64,000 nt of DNA, taken from contig OZ231126.1 in the NCBI GenBank assembly GCA_965153355.1, positions 1-64,000 of the forward strand, in the 5' to 3' direction. This document shows positions 42,528 through 57,069 of the stretch, piece after piece. Made by a program: the position numbers and the translations under genes. The notes beneath the pieces are model-generated. The model did no database searches. It saw only the letters and a program-made list of their open reading frames with translations, and was not told where the DNA came from. The stretch's first letter is position 1. The number at the start of each line of letters is the position of its first letter. Source of the DNA: Flaccisagitta enflata. Lineage: Eukaryota.

Positions 42528-42621
42528 TTTTTTCTTCCTCTTTTTCTCTTTCTTCTTTCTTTCTTTCTTTCTTTCTTCCTTTCTTTCTTTCTTTCTTTCT
42601 TTCTTTCTCTTTCTTCTCTCT

Positions 42622-42689
<68 letters not shown>

Positions 42690-42693
42690 TTTT

Positions 42694-42728
<35 letters not shown>

Positions 42729-43176
42729 AAAATTCATTCATTCATTCATTCACTCTTTCTTTCCTTCTATATTCAAAATTTTTCTCTTTTTTTCTTATTT
42801 TCTTTTTTCCTTCTTTCATTCCTTCTTTCTTTCTCACTTGTTTTCTCTTTTTTCTTTTCTCGTGGTCTACAACTATATTCTTTCTGCGAGTCTACTTTTC
42901 AAATCCTGCTTCAAAAATTTCGACATTTTGAAGATATTTTCTTACATTTGCTGATTTCTTTTTCAGCTTTTAAGTCGTTTTTGTCATTGAACATGAGTTT
43001 TAACAAAGCTGGTTTGATGCAATGCTGATGTTCGCGCAGCAAAACCACCATCATCGTCATCGTCGTCGTCCTCCTGGTCCTCGTGGTCGCCGTCGTCGTC
43101 GTCGCCGTCGTCGTCGTCTTCGCCGTTGTCCTGGCCATAGTCTTGGTCACCATCATCATCATCATCATCATCATCG

Positions 43177-43208
<32 letters not shown>

Positions 43209-43458
43209 TGATTAATATTATTATTTACTACTACTACTTACACAATACTAATACTTTCATTAATATTACTACATTACTATCATTGTCAATAATATCACTA
43301 CACTACTAATATCAATATTTACATTACTACTACTAACACACACACACACATTACACACACACATTAATAATATCAGCATTACTGTTACTAATATTACACA
43401 TTATCATTAATAGTATTAATACACACATTACATTACTTACTACTACTACATTACCACA

Positions 43459-43496
<38 letters not shown>

Positions 43497-43538
43497 CCAT
43501 CATCATCATCGTCATCATCATGGCGGACAGGCCCTTAC

Positions 43539-43673
43539 CCTTGATGCCACCCAGCATAACTATCTCTAATTGACACTGAAACAGATCTGATGGAAGTGAT
43601 TCCAGAGAGCAATATGCTGCTTCCAGATGCTTCAGTGGTGATGAGGAAGGTATGGGTGGAAGCGTGTTCATTT
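43539..43673 (-). pseudogene. Leucine-rich-repeat exon of a decayed minus-strand gene
   Basis: ATTATCAG|AA..., 135 nt, phase 1-1, donor G|GTAAGG. Translates MNTLPPIPSSSPLKHLEAAYCSLESLPSDLFQCQLEIVMLGGIK, fitting LxxLxxxxCxLxxLPxxLFxxxLxxVxL. Confidence 0.6.
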
Positions 43674-43721
43674 CTGATAATGTGCAGGAATGATGTCATC
43701 AGTATGAGAGTCATCCTCACT

Positions 43722-43766
<45 letters not shown>

Positions 43767-44254
43767 TTCATCATAATCATCATCATCATCATCAACGTCG
43801 TCGTTGTTGTCATCATCATCATCATCATCAATACTTCACCATCATCATCATCGTCATCATCATAATCATCATCATCATCATCATCGTTGCCGCAGTCGTT
43901 GTCGTCATTGTCGTCGTCGTCGTCGTTGTCGTCGTTGTCGTCGTTGTCGTCGTCGTTGTCGTCATCGTTGTTGTCGTCATTGTCGTCGTCGTCGTTGTCA
44001 ATGACACAAGTTTCCATCGTTAAGCGACTATTTTTCGGCCCTGACCTTATTCGGCCTGTTACATCTCCATTTTCCCTTCACCATCAGTAGGGTGTTTCTT
44101 AACGCAAAAAAATATTCCTAGATATTTGTTGATAATTAAAACGAATTAAATGAGCAAGATTGAATAGAAAATGAAAATCAATATACTTTCAGATGAAGTA
44201 TTTCCAATTCCTAATTCCTCTTAGTTGCATGCTAATTAGAAAGGGCTATTACCA

Positions 44255-45537
44255 CACTGATAAAAAAATGAAAATTATATTTGTTGAAATTAGAATTTTT
44301 GGTTCCAAAGTTATATTTTAATTGTTATATTTCGGTTATATAAATGTTATATATGGTTATACCGATGTTATACAAGTTATACAGGCGAAAACGGCAAAAA
44401 AAATCCCAAATTATACCGATTAGTTTTATTATACCTAAATTATAACAAAAAGTTATACTTTTGTTCTAACTTTTTGATATAATCGATATAACTATGGCCA
44501 GAAAGATCCACGCGGTTATACTACAATTATAATTCTTTAGAAATTATATTTATACTATAATTTCTTTCTCATTTGCATAATATCATTTTGCCTGATATCT
44601 TGCTTTCGTGATTTTCTATAAAGTTCTCATCAAAAGTGAGAACTTTTATAGATTCAGACTAAGCATCTATAGCTTAAGTCTTTTCCTATAAAGTTCGCAT
44701 TAAAAATGCAAACATTTATAGAACAAGACTAAACATGGCACAAGTCTGTCTAAGGCTTTGGCAGATAGTTTGTGGATCATACTGCTAGATAGCGTGTAGT
44801 TTTCTATTTTTATGTTCATTTTGAACTGGGATAGTTTTACAAGCAGCAATTACAGTAACTATCCTGTAACTACATGTATTGAATGATCATAAGATAACAT
44901 CGGTGAGCTAATTCCCTATGTCAACTTAACATGTGTATAAAGTTTCATTATAAACTTTAAAGAAAGGGGAAAGATATTAGGCAAAATGTTCTGAGCTACT
45001 TTATGCAAATGATATATATATGATATATAATTTATATAATATTTGAATCCCAGTATTTTAACAAAGTTGGATTATATAAGTTGTACAACTCTGAGACTGA
45101 AATTTCACAGAGTCCAATTAGATCAGTTATACAGTTTCTCGACTTTCTCGGCCCAGGAATTACAATCAATATAACTTTAAGCCTTTTGCTTTGCAGCCAT
45201 TTTTTTTAACTGCAGCACTCTATATGTAAATGTATGGATTTTTCCTGATAGTGGAGACCATGATCAATCCTCAAATAAGTGTTTCAGTAAAATTATTTGG
45301 AGCGTCATTGTATAACTGGTATAATAACAGTAAATCGTTCCTAGCTAGCACACCGCTGAAGCACTAATGCTCATCTTTTGAACAATGATAGCGACCTCCC
45401 CAAGGACCATTTTGATAAAAAAAAAAAGAGTCGACCCAACTATATAATCTATATAATAAGACCAATAGTTGAAAAATATAACTTTGGAACCAAAAATTCT
45501 AATTTCAACAAATATAATTTTCATTTTTTTATCAGTG
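44255..45537. mobile_element. CACT-terminated non-autonomous element (CMC/EnSpm-like)
   Basis: About 65-bp TIR CACTGATAAAAAAATGAAAATTATATTTGTTGAAATTAG...; 2-bp TSD CA on both sides. Confidence 0.85.
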
Positions 45538-45714
45538 CAGTAGGTACTATCAAAAATTGAATATTTTGACTAACCAATGAAAAAAAAAACTAGTCAAGAC
45601 ATTGAATGTTGAACCAATTAATATACAACGTTTTGTCTTTGGAGTTCTCACTGATTAGCGTAAATTTTGAGCCATATGTAATTTGTGTTTACCTTAACTT
45701 ATTGCTTCTTGCAG

Positions 45715-45905
45715 ATTCCCAGGTCAAAGGAGAAAAAGCTGGTGAAGCTACAGAGGAAAAAGTCCTAGAAGCTCATGGCGAAAAAATTGGGGATGATTCC
45801 ATAAAGAATACATGGCTGATCAAAAAACAAAATATTTCCACCTCATCAGCAAATTCTGACGACAAGCAGAAGTCTGATACTATTCCATCCAACTTGGCTA
45901 ACTAG
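45715..45905 (+). other. Possible isolated terminal exon (DSQVKGEKAGEATEEKVLEAHGEKIG...)
   Basis: Branch-like CTTAAC, pyrimidine tract and TTGCAG| precede an open, non-repetitive charged frame ending in TAG. No partner exon or family recognised. Confidence 0.25.
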
Positions 45906-47989
45906 TTCCATTATTAGTTTGAGCAACTGATTGATTTTCCTGTTCTAGTCTATTGTTGGCCTCTCAACCAATGTTTCTTCCATGTCACCATCCATTTACA
46001 ATTTTAGTTGTTTCCAGTCAGAATCTGCAAAATGTAACACCTGGGAGAGACTAGGTCGAAAACATGGTTACCCCAGTTATGTGCAGGTGCGCAGGGGTAG
46101 TGATTGTAGTCACTAGGGATTTCAAGCATATAGACAAAGGCAAACAGTTCACAACAGCTGAGAAAATAAATGTCTTTATTGGTCAACAAACGGATGGATC
46201 AATGAACTAACTGTCAAATTTCTTTTTATTAAGTAAGCACTCCAGGCACTCCTAATATTTTGCTCACCCTAATAGTTGCATGCTGTTGGGTAGGGGAAGC
46301 AATGATTTTATGCCTGTATTGTTGTACTGACACACCAATTATGTGTCTGAGCAGGAGCAGTAAGCTCAAAATGCCCATAAATGCCAAAAAAGTTAAAGGT
46401 GACCATCTGACTGACAGACCGACAAAGCATGGTGGAGTAGTTTTCTAAGCCCCCCTGGCAATGGCGCTAATCAGAGGAAATATGGTACATTGCATTACCA
46501 GTTTCTGTAGATTAGCATTTGAACATGCAGGTTAGGAATTTGTCAAACCTATTCAATCAACCACAGCTTTTTCAACGAAAATTTACTCTTATTAGAAGCT
46601 GTGGTGACTTTATTAGTCTTGGTTCATTTTAAAATTTTGTCCCTAATATCGTAAATTTTGTTGGAAATTTGTCCACTTCTACTTAAGGGAATTCTGTTAG
46701 TTTGGTGGATTTTTACCTTATTGACACCTGACTTAACAGCATTCTGGTTAAACAGCCAGTAGTCTTTGCTCCCAAATTTTATAGGCTTAACAGCATTGAT
46801 TAAATAGTCAAACTTGATTTGATTTCCAAGCTAGTGTCTGATTTACCGCCTGTTGCTTTACTTAGCTTTATGAAGTCATTTTCTCTATACAGATTTCAAA
46901 CAATCGGTAGTTCAATTTACTGACATTTGAATATGAATGCTATAATTTCCCAGTCTTTTAGGCCTTAGGGCCTTAGATTAGGTTTCATTGTATGTTTGTT
47001 TATTTTTTATCCATCTCTGTTCTTATTACTTTTACATTTAATTGATACAGTCTAACCCTGCAATAATGCATCCAAGGTTAATGGAAACATGTCTTTGATA
47101 AGCAGTTATGGCCCTTCATGTTTTCTTTTATTTCTTGCTGTGGCAATAACAGAAGAAACTTTTCATGAGGTTCCTTAATGTGGAAAGTAGCTATACTTTT
47201 AAATACTTTGGACTGCCATATCCATACAATTGCCTTTTCTTTTTGCTTCATCAATGAGGTTTATTGAAGGAAGCTTCTTTAATAAATGAAAAAAACTATA
47301 TTACAGTGAGTCTGCAGTAGACAACTGTACATTGAATTACCAGAATATTTGGTGATTATCTCACCCTGTTTAGCAAGCTAGCTAAACTTAGTAAATCCAG
47401 AATAGTTTTGTAATAGGGTGGTTTCAGCACAGATCAACCAAACTGAAAGCCCTTAAAAAATAGAATTTGGGTGGTTTTAGCACAGATCAGTAAAACTGAA
47501 AACCAATAAGAAATAGAATTTGCTCTTTTTTGGTGCAAAGGTACCCCAAGGAGTTATTCAAGAATCCCAAATATTTAAGGTTTTACAATTTTTAAATTTT
47601 GACCCCCGTTTAAGGTTTTACAATTTTTAAATTTTGACCCCCGCAACTACCCCCTCATCTGTAATAAGATTGGATACACGGCTACCCCAGTCGCGTGTGG
47701 ATGGGCAAGGGCTGTATTTGAGGTCACTTCATTATTTGGGCAGGAGCAGTGAGGCCAAAGACCACAAAGTCCAGAAAAAAGTAAAGTGTGACGGATGAAC
47801 CGACCAACAAAAGCAGGTTATAGAGACACATGCACGCAACTAAAAATCCATATCCCAGCCATTTTTAATGATAAATGGACAATCTAAGTGTCATTCATCT
47901 ATTGACCCAAAGAATCTGTTGGAAAAAATTTTCAATTGAAAATAATCATTTTGGTTATTTTACTCTCAGGGGTGGTTATTTCAGGCACC

Positions 47990-49530
47990 CCCAGGTAGGG
48001 GACAACAAAGTACCCAAGCATGCAAGCATTGCTCGTAGGCAGCTGGCTATTTTTGTAGGCAGGAGAGAAAAATTTTTGAAAAATTTACTATGAAAATTTG
48101 ATAAAAATGATTGTTTTCTAGAATACCAAAGTCTAGTATTCTACAGTATGATTGTTTTCATTTGCAGCATTACAGGACGACGTAATTAAAAAAGTAATTA
48201 AGATAATTGAATTCTGAAAAAAGTTCTAAAAAGATTAAGAAAATACATTTTATAATATATCAGTCAAAGAATCTCTTTAGAGAAATTCGATACTCTCAAC
48301 ATAAAAGAAACCATAAAACTTGACAAATTGGAAGATTAAAAATTTTTGCAAAATTTGACACATGGACTGTTTATTTTTAAATCGTTCTTGTTTCTAAATG
48401 GTTTGAGCTACAGATGCCAGATTGGTCTCGAATGAAAGATAATTTGAAGTAGTTTTTAAGTCTTCTTAAACCAAGTACTGATTTGATGTCTTGAATGCAT
48501 TTTATACACTATCAGCAGGAACTCTTGTTAGAATTTCAAAAAAAGTCCCATTTCTTTAATATTTTCTATGACACATGTTCCAAAAGAGGTTTCTTTCTTT
48601 ATATTTTCTTATACTTAATCAAATTTTCTTTCATATGAGACCAACCTAGTATCTGTCACAGTCCCATCATTTATAAGATATCAGGAAATAGAATCATTTT
48701 TAGCGCAAAATCATTTTTTTCTTACCAAATATTAATGTAGATAGACCCAATTTATCACCTTGGTTTAGTTTCAGGGCAGGGCAATCATATAGAGGACAAG
48801 GTATAAACCTCAGAACCTCAGAGTACTAAATGAACTCAAAAATACCATTTTATGAGATCTAGGAAAATGGAGTAAAAATACCCTCATACGTAAAATGCAA
48901 AATTATGGGTCGTCGGCCATGACAATGCAAGACGGAGACTTGAACTACATAGTAGGTGATACAACCTAAATGTTTAAGCGGCTAAGATTTTCTACTAAGA
49001 AAAAATCTTTCAAACAGATCTAGTTTATGGCGCAAATCACCTAATTCCATTCTAATTCCTAGACTTGTGGGGGTGAGGCCTTGAGGTCAAATCGTTTGAG
49101 AAATGAGAGCAATCTAAATAAAAACAGTATCTCAAAAACATGAAAAGTAGTCTTTTTTAGTCAAATATGCCTTATGACTAATAGTAAGATAATAGGATCA
49201 AATTTTTATTGAAAAGTCTTGGGAGTTTTATATTATAAAATGTATTTTCAATATCTTTCAGTATCTTTTTTCAGAAATCGATTTTCTCTACAACTTTTGG
49301 AGTTATGTCGTCATGAAATGTTGCAAACGAAAACAATCATACTGTAGAATTTTAGAATGCAAGTCATATAAAACAAGGCTTGATACAGGGCAACTAAAAA
49401 CAAGTTCATATTTCTGAACTTTTTGATTATATCAAGAACTTAAGAAAATTAGATTTTTTATTTTAGGGGAAACCATTAAAAAAATTCTGCTTGTAAGCAG
49501 CCAAAAATTTCGTCGGACCCTGCCCCCAGG
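47990..49530. mobile_element. Old degenerate inverted-repeat element
   Basis: ATTCTACAGTATGATTGTTTTC..GACGACGTAA (~48138-48185) is inverted at ~49303-49351; termini and TSD are not resolvable. Confidence 0.4.
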
Positions 49531-49640
49531 GTACGTAGTATGTGAAAATTTTGAGAAAAAAAGAGAAAGAAAGAAAGAAAGGAAGGAGGAAAGAAAGAAA
49601 AAAAAAGAGAGAAAGAAAGAAAGAAAGAAAGAAAGAAAAA

Positions 49641-49812
<172 letters not shown>

Positions 49813-49860
49813 GAAAAAGAAAGAAAGAGAAGAGACAGTGGAAAGAAAGAAAGAAAGAAA

Positions 49861-49900
<40 letters not shown>

Positions 49901-49969
49901 GAAAAAGAAAGAAAAAGAGAGAAAGAAAGAAAGAAAGAATAAGAGCTGAAGAAAGGCGCTGCTACAAGC

Positions 49970-50017
<48 letters not shown>

Positions 50018-50021
50018 AAAA

Positions 50022-50081
<60 letters not shown>

Positions 50082-50487
50082 AAACAAAAAGAAAGAATCA
50101 TCTTCATTGTGACTCATTCATTTGTCAACAAAATGAGGAAGCGAAAATCTACGAGAGATTTGGGTCGTTTCAGCGACATTCACAAACACAAACACGTCAT
50201 CTGTCTCTTTCTGTCTCTGTCTCTGTCTTTGTCTGCCTCTGTCTGTCTATGTCTGTCTTTGTCTCTGTCTCTTTTTGTCTCTGTCTGTCTCTTTTTGTCT
50301 CTGTCTCTGTCTCTTTTTGTCTCTGTCTCTGTCTCTGTCTGTCTCTGCCTGTCTCTGTCTGTCTCTGTCTCTGTCTCTGTCTCTGTGTCTCTGTCTCTAT
50401 CTGTCTTTGCCTTTCTCTGTATCTGTCTGTCTCTGTCTCTTTCTCCTTCTTTCTCTGTTTCTGTCTCTGTCTCTCTCTCTCTCTGTC

Positions 50488-50635
<148 letters not shown>

Positions 50636-50845
50636 ATTAGTTTTTGATCTTGTTTTGTCTCGTTCTTGTTAAAGAAGGAATGGATAACACATCTGAATGC
50701 AAATACAACACGAAAAATTAGACAGAAAAATGGGGGGGGGGAAAGAAACACTGAGGTTGAAAGTTGTATTGATGAATATAAGAGAAACAAAGAAAGCAGG
50801 AAAGGAAGGAAGGAAACAAGAAAGAAAGAAAGAGAGAAAGAAGGA

Positions 50846-50901
<56 letters not shown>

Positions 50902-51005
50902 GGGAGAAAAAGATGGAAAGAAAGAAGGAAAGAAAGAAAGAGGGAAAGAAAGAAAGAGGGAAAGAAGAGGAAGAAAAAGAGAAAGAAAGAAAGAGAAAGA
51001 AAGAA

Positions 51006-51042
<37 letters not shown>

Positions 51043-51084
51043 CACAGAAGAGAGAAAGAGGGAAAGGAGGGAGGGAAGAAAGGA

Positions 51085-51153
<69 letters not shown>

Positions 51154-51219
51154 GGAGAAAGAAAGAAAGATGGAGAAAGAAAGAAAGATGGAGAAAGAAA
51201 GATGGAGAAAGAAAGATGG

Positions 51220-51278
<59 letters not shown>

Positions 51279-51293
51279 GGGAAAGAAAGAAAG

Positions 51294-51324
<31 letters not shown>

Positions 51325-52045
51325 AAGAAAGAGGGAAAGAAAGAAAGAAAGGAAAAGGGTACAAAGAAAAAAAGTAAGACATCAAAAGCAGAAAAAGGGG
51401 GAAAGAAAAAAAATTAGAAGAGATGAAAAAAGTGAAAGAAAACGAGTAAAGTGAAAGAAAGAACAAGGCAGGTGAAAGAGAGATCAAGAAAGGTGAAAGG
51501 AAGAACAAGAACATGAAAAGGAAGAACAAGAAAAGTGAAAGAAAGAACAAGAAAGGTGAAAAAAAGAACCAGGTGAAAAAAGAACAAGAAAAGTGGAAGG
51601 ATGTACAAGAAAGGTGATAAAAGAACAAGCAAAGTGAAAGAAAGAACAAGAATGATGAAAAAAGAACAAGAAAGGCGTAAAAATAACAAGCAAAGTGAAT
51701 TGAAAGAACAAAAAAGTGAAAGAAAGATCAAGAAAAGTGAAAAAAAGAACAAGAAAAGTGAAAGAAAAAAAAAAGAATGGTGGAAAAAGGATCAAGAAAA
51801 CTGAAAAAAATAACAAGAAAAGTGAAAGAAAGAACAAGAATGGTGAATAAAAGAACAAGAAAGGTAAAAAGATAACAAGCGAAGTGAAATGAAAGAACAA
51901 AAAAGTGAAAGAAACATCAGAAAAAGTGAAAAAAAGAACAAGAAAGACAGAAAAAAAAAGTGTTGTTCGGAATCCAGGAAATAAGGCGACAGGAGGTCCG
52001 GAGCCCCAACGAGGCAACACAACAAAAGACTAAGTCTAAGACGAT

Positions 52046-52143
<98 letters not shown>

Positions 52144-52328
52144 TTTGATTTGATTTGATTTGTAATGCTCTAAATGTGCAATTCACACACGAACAATAAA
52201 ATTGTTACAGAGCTTGTACATTGTACAATTTTTTGTTTAAATAATAATAAATAGTTGGTCTAAGAATTCAATTAATAAAAAAATTCATCCAGTATAGGCA
52301 TCAACTAGTCAATGTTGACTGCCTTTCT

Positions 52329-52431
<103 letters not shown>

Positions 52432-52757
52432 AGAGAGACAGACAGACAGACTAGCAGGTAGGAGGACAACTATGAACAAAGAGTAATGCCTTTAAGTGGA
52501 AAATGTTCAAGACAATCATGGCAGTAGTGGAATGAAAATCTAATTACAGGTGGGCGGTATTATTGCATTTGAGGTTCATTTGAGGTTCATTTGAGGTTCA
52601 TTTGAGAGAGAGAGAGAGAGTTTTTTCACCTCCAGTCCAAACTCTGATTTCTGGCTTTAATCAATCACTGCTGAGAAAGTACAAGAATAGAAATGAAAAT
52701 AAAGAAAATGAAAGAAAAAATAAGAATGAAAAAAGAAAAAAAGAAAAAAAAAGAAAG

Positions 52758-52897
52758 AAACAAGGCCAAGTAGGCCAATAAGGTGCGACGTGTGGATCGT
52801 CGAACGAATGCGTTACCGACCGACCGACCGACCAACCGACGGACCGACCGACCGACGGACACAGCCAGTTATAGAGGTGCTTTGTCGCACCTAAAAA
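52758..52897 (-). mobile_element. HINE-like element, family B, present only in copy B
   Basis: Minus strand: TTTTT-AGGTGC-GACAAA-GCACCT, (GGTC)n, GTCGCACCT, GGCC-TACTT-GGCC, TTGTTT. Empty site in copy A at ~9745-9755. Confidence 0.85.
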
Positions 52898-53428
52898 GCC
52901 TAAAAAGAAAGTTTGTAAGAAAGAAAAGAAAAAGAAAGAAAGAAAGAAAAAAAAAGCAAGAACAAGCCCAACTGATCAACAGTCGTGTGCTTTGTTTCAT
53001 AATTGATTACATGATTACAAAAACACTTCATTGCTTTTCAAAATGACCTTAGAAATGACTAAAAATGACTAATTGGTACGGTCGAAATTCAATGATGATA
53101 CTTATGGACTTGCGGACGGACTAACAGAGGGACAGACAAACGCACTGATGGATGGACCGAAAGACGAGGGTGTAGAGTCACGCGGAAAATAAGGGCGAAA
53201 TAAGAAAGACATCGTGAAAGAAACAAACGAAAAAGAAAGAACGGAAAAAGACAGAGAGTAAAAGAAAGAAAGGAAAAGGAAAGAAAGGAAAAGGAAAGAA
53301 AGGAAAAAGAAAGAATAGTATTGTTGCTGCGGAATTCTAGATGGTTGATTTCTATCATTCCCCGGAAAAGAACGGTATACTTTTTGATTAGTTTCCTACA
53401 AGTTTGGCTATTTCATTTTCTCAGCTCC

Positions 53429-53604
53429 TTTTTAGATGCGTCATCGCATCTCTATAAGAGGGTCTGTCCGTCCGTCCGTCCGTCCGTCCGTCCGTCCGTC
53501 CGTCCGTCCGTCGGTCCGTCCGTCGGTCCGTCCGTCCGTCGGTCCGTTACGCCTCTTCTAATATCACGCAGATGACGCATCTAGTTGCCCGATCGGGCTT
53601 GTTT
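53429..53604 (+). mobile_element. HINE-like element, family C, present only in copy B
   Basis: TTTTT-AGATGCG-TCAT-CGCATCT, (GTCC)n, perfect 12-bp subTIR GATGACGCATCT, GCCC-GATC-GGGC, TTGTTT. Empty T-run in copy A at ~10268-10275. Confidence 0.88.
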
Positions 53605-53832
53605 ATAACTTTTTTCTCGATCAATGCTCTTTTCTTTTTCAACCAAAAGTATTACTACTGTTTTTCAAATATTATACTTTTCTCGTTGATAGATTCAAAA
53701 TAATTGTAAATCTTCTTATTCATTCATTCATTCATTCATTCATTCATTCATTCATTCATTCATTCATTCATTCATTCATTCATTCATTCATTCATTCATT
53801 CATTCATTCTCTCTCACTGATTAACGGTTTGC

Positions 53833-53899
<67 letters not shown>

Positions 53900-54081
53900 T
53901 TTCACCGCACCGAATTCTTGATATCATTATGCACTCGATCATGAGAACTATCTCATTCAGAGTCCGTTTTCCCATGGATGCATCTATTGTCTTCGTCTTT
54001 GTCATTGTCTTCGTCTTTGTCATTGTCTTCGTCTTCACCTTTTTATCTTCGGTTCTCACTTTTGTCTTTGACTCTCCTTCG

Positions 54082-54513
54082 GTAAATTGCTTAATACTAT
54101 GAAATTGAAAAATCCTCATATTGAAACTCTAGTTAAAGATCATGTGCCTCAAAGTGACAACCGTTATTTGTCTCCTTTAGATTATTTTCTGGTAACATAA
54201 ATCGTTCACAATAACATGAAATATTTGTTTTCAGTATTCTCGGCACAACTGCCTTGACAAACACATTGACCTATTACTGTCACTTATTATGTTCCGTCCC
54301 GTAAATGTCAACTGGACTCATTATTTATTCACTTTTGTTTTATTTTTGTTTTTGTTTTTGTTTCTCGTCTTATCATCCTATTCATTGAATATTTGCATGT
54401 CTATCATGCTTTGCTGCTTGTATTGGGGGGAAGGGATTTTACTTTTGTCGAATCCATACCGTCCCTTTGTACATGTTTATTTGTACAATAAATGTCATTC
54501 AATTCAATTCAAT
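54082..54513 (+). mobile_element. Probable 5'-truncated non-LTR retroelement 3' end, only in copy B
   Basis: Absent from copy A (~10815-10825). Ends AATAAATGTC(ATTCA)n, a short-repeat tail as in CR1/L2-type LINEs; TTCG on both sides. Confidence 0.55.
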
Positions 54514-55047
54514 TCGAGATCGTCAATTTACTGCCTCCCTTCTCCCAAACTTCTCTTACTGTTCTCTTCTCCCAAACTTCTCTTACTGCCTCTCTTCTTC
54601 CACACCTCTCTTACTGTTCTCTTCTCCCAAACTTCTCTTACTGCCTCTCTTCTTCCACACCTCTCTTACTGTTCTCTTCTCCCAAACTTCTCTTACTGTT
54701 CTCTTCTCCCAAACTTCTCTTACTGCCTCTCTTCTTCCACACCTCTCTTACTGTTCTCTTCTCCCAAACTTCTCTTACTGCCTCTCTTCTTCCACACCTC
54801 TCTTACTGTTCTCTTCTCACAAACTTCTCTTACTGCCTCTCTTCTCCCAAACTTCTCTTACTGTTCTCTTCTCCCAAACTTCTCTTACTGCCTCTCTTCT
54901 TCCACACTTCTCTTACTGCCTCTCTTCTTCCACACGGTTCTCTTTTGCTATTGTTTAGATACTCACGCCTAACTTAGCCAATCCAGCTCATAATTCTTCC
55001 CACACGGTCAATTTCCAAACCGCCCCTCGATTTTCATATGCAGCCAC

Positions 55048-55081
<34 letters not shown>

Positions 55082-55204
55082 CTCACGGACCAACTTCATA
55101 AAAACCATGACTTCCTCTTCATGCATCCATTCGAACCAACATAATGGTCCAAAATGGTTTTGTAACAATATTTTTAACAAATGACAAACACTGAAAGCAC
55201 ACGC

Positions 55205-55290
<86 letters not shown>

Positions 55291-56154
55291 ACACATACAC
55301 ACACATTTTGCTAAAGTTTTTTGTAAGATACTTTTTGTTGCACATGTCATACATAAACAAACTCACACCAAATATACGTGCACAATCAATAAAATGCAAC
55401 GAAATGAAAATTGGACCAAGCTAAAACTCTACTCAGTTCTTTTTTTTAAGATACAAAAACCAAAACGAAAAAAAAAGAAAGAGAATTGAAAAAAAAAAAT
55501 CTTCAATCATTGAACTTCCTAAATGAAAGAAAAACAACGGCAAAAAAAAAAAAAAGAAATAACAAAGGAAAAAAAATCATGAACGATGAAAATTGAAAGT
55601 GTCAGTGAAAGAAACTATTTCTTCAAATCGAATTGTGAAAACTCACGTTTGAGGTTTTTTAGCCGCGTGCTACGCGACTCTACACCCCGCTTTGTCGGTC
55701 CGTCGCACCGTGGTTAAAAACCACCCCCGACGCAGAACGGAGACCGACCAACCCCTTAACCAACCTTAACCACCACGCGTCGGTCCGTCCGTCCGTCCAT
55801 CCATCACATTTTACTTTTTTTAGGTCTTTACGGTCTATGGCCTCACTGCTCCTACCAAAATGGTCTAGTGACCTCAAATATGGCCCCTGCCCACCCGCAC
55901 GCGACTGGGGTAGCCGTGTATCCGACCTTTTTTTTCTTTTCTAGACTACTGAAAACTTGAATAAATGGGCTGTTTAAAAAATCGTCAACAGTCAGTTTTC
56001 TTTTTTTAATTTATGATTTCATACATTTTACATTTCATAAAAATCAATAATAGCACCCGAAATGATACTTGTAACTACGTGGGTCCAGTACATTATAAAT
56101 TGAAAGACATTCGTTTTACAATAAGTTTTTTTTATAACAAGGAAACATATGAGT

Positions 56155-56802
56155 AGGGGAGAAACCATTAGAAGGGGACTGTACCTGGAGAGCAAAATAT
56201 TCTCTCCACCATATCAACCGGGTAGTCAAAATGCGTAGTGGCCCTTACTCCAACAATGTGAAACAAGAAACAGACCATAAATTGCCAGAAAGGGGCGCCG
56301 CAATCGACATTTTTGTTGATACTTCAAAATGCTGCAACAAGCTAAAAAACAAATGTTAGTTGCATTTTCGTCAGTAACATAGCTTTAATTCTTTCATACA
56401 TTACGAGTCAATAGGACTTCTTAAACATCAGGCAACGACAAAAAAATATCTCTTATACATTGTTTGTGAACGGTTGCAGCAAGTTGCAGCAATAAATGCC
56501 CAATTTTGCCGTAAATTCAGTTTTTTTACTTTAATCGCCATTGTCGGTCAAATAGTGCAATAGGATTTCAAAAAAATTATTCTATGTGTACCTAGTGATT
56601 GATATCACCTGCATAATAACTCTTTTGATTTGTGGCAACCTGCTGCAATTGTAGCAAAAACAAAAAAAATCATTGCAGCAACCTGGGGAAAGCTGTAATA
56701 AATCAATCATAAATTTGATTTTTTAACTACAAGGCCGGATGCACGGCTACCTCAGTTGCGTGTGGGTGGGTAAGGGCTGTATTTGAGGTCATTTGGACAT
56801 AT
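56155..56802. mobile_element. Unclassified insertion, only in copy B
   Basis: Flanked by the direct repeat TATGAGT (56148-56154, 56803-56809); absent from copy A (~12610); ends in a family-A fragment. Confidence 0.6.
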
Positions 56803-56806
56803 TATG

Positions 56807-57069
56807 AGTCACAAATGTACAAAAGGATGTTAAATGGAACATTCACCTAACAACATTTAAGTCACAAATGTACGAAAGGATGTTAAATGGAACAATCACC
56901 CAACAACATTTAAGTCACAAATGTACAAAAGGATGTTAAATGGAACATTCACCTAACAACATTTAAGTCACAAATGTACGAAAGGATGTTAAATGGAACA
57001 TTCACCCAACAACATTTAAGTCACAAATTTACGAAAGGATGTTAAATGGAACATTCACCCAACAACATT
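56807..57069 (+). repeat. 53-bp tandem repeat x5
   Basis: AGTCACAAATGTAC(A/G)AAAGGATGTTAAATGGAACATTCACC(C/T)AACAACATTTA starting at 56807, 56860, 56913, 56966, 57019; a single unit in copy A. Confidence 0.95.

Noticed and set aside
46500-47400. Coding-like minus-strand stretch (LPSINLIDEAKEKAIVWIWQSK...)
   Set aside because: Multiple stops and no recognisable motif or splice chain; possibly an old TE remnant but unsupported.
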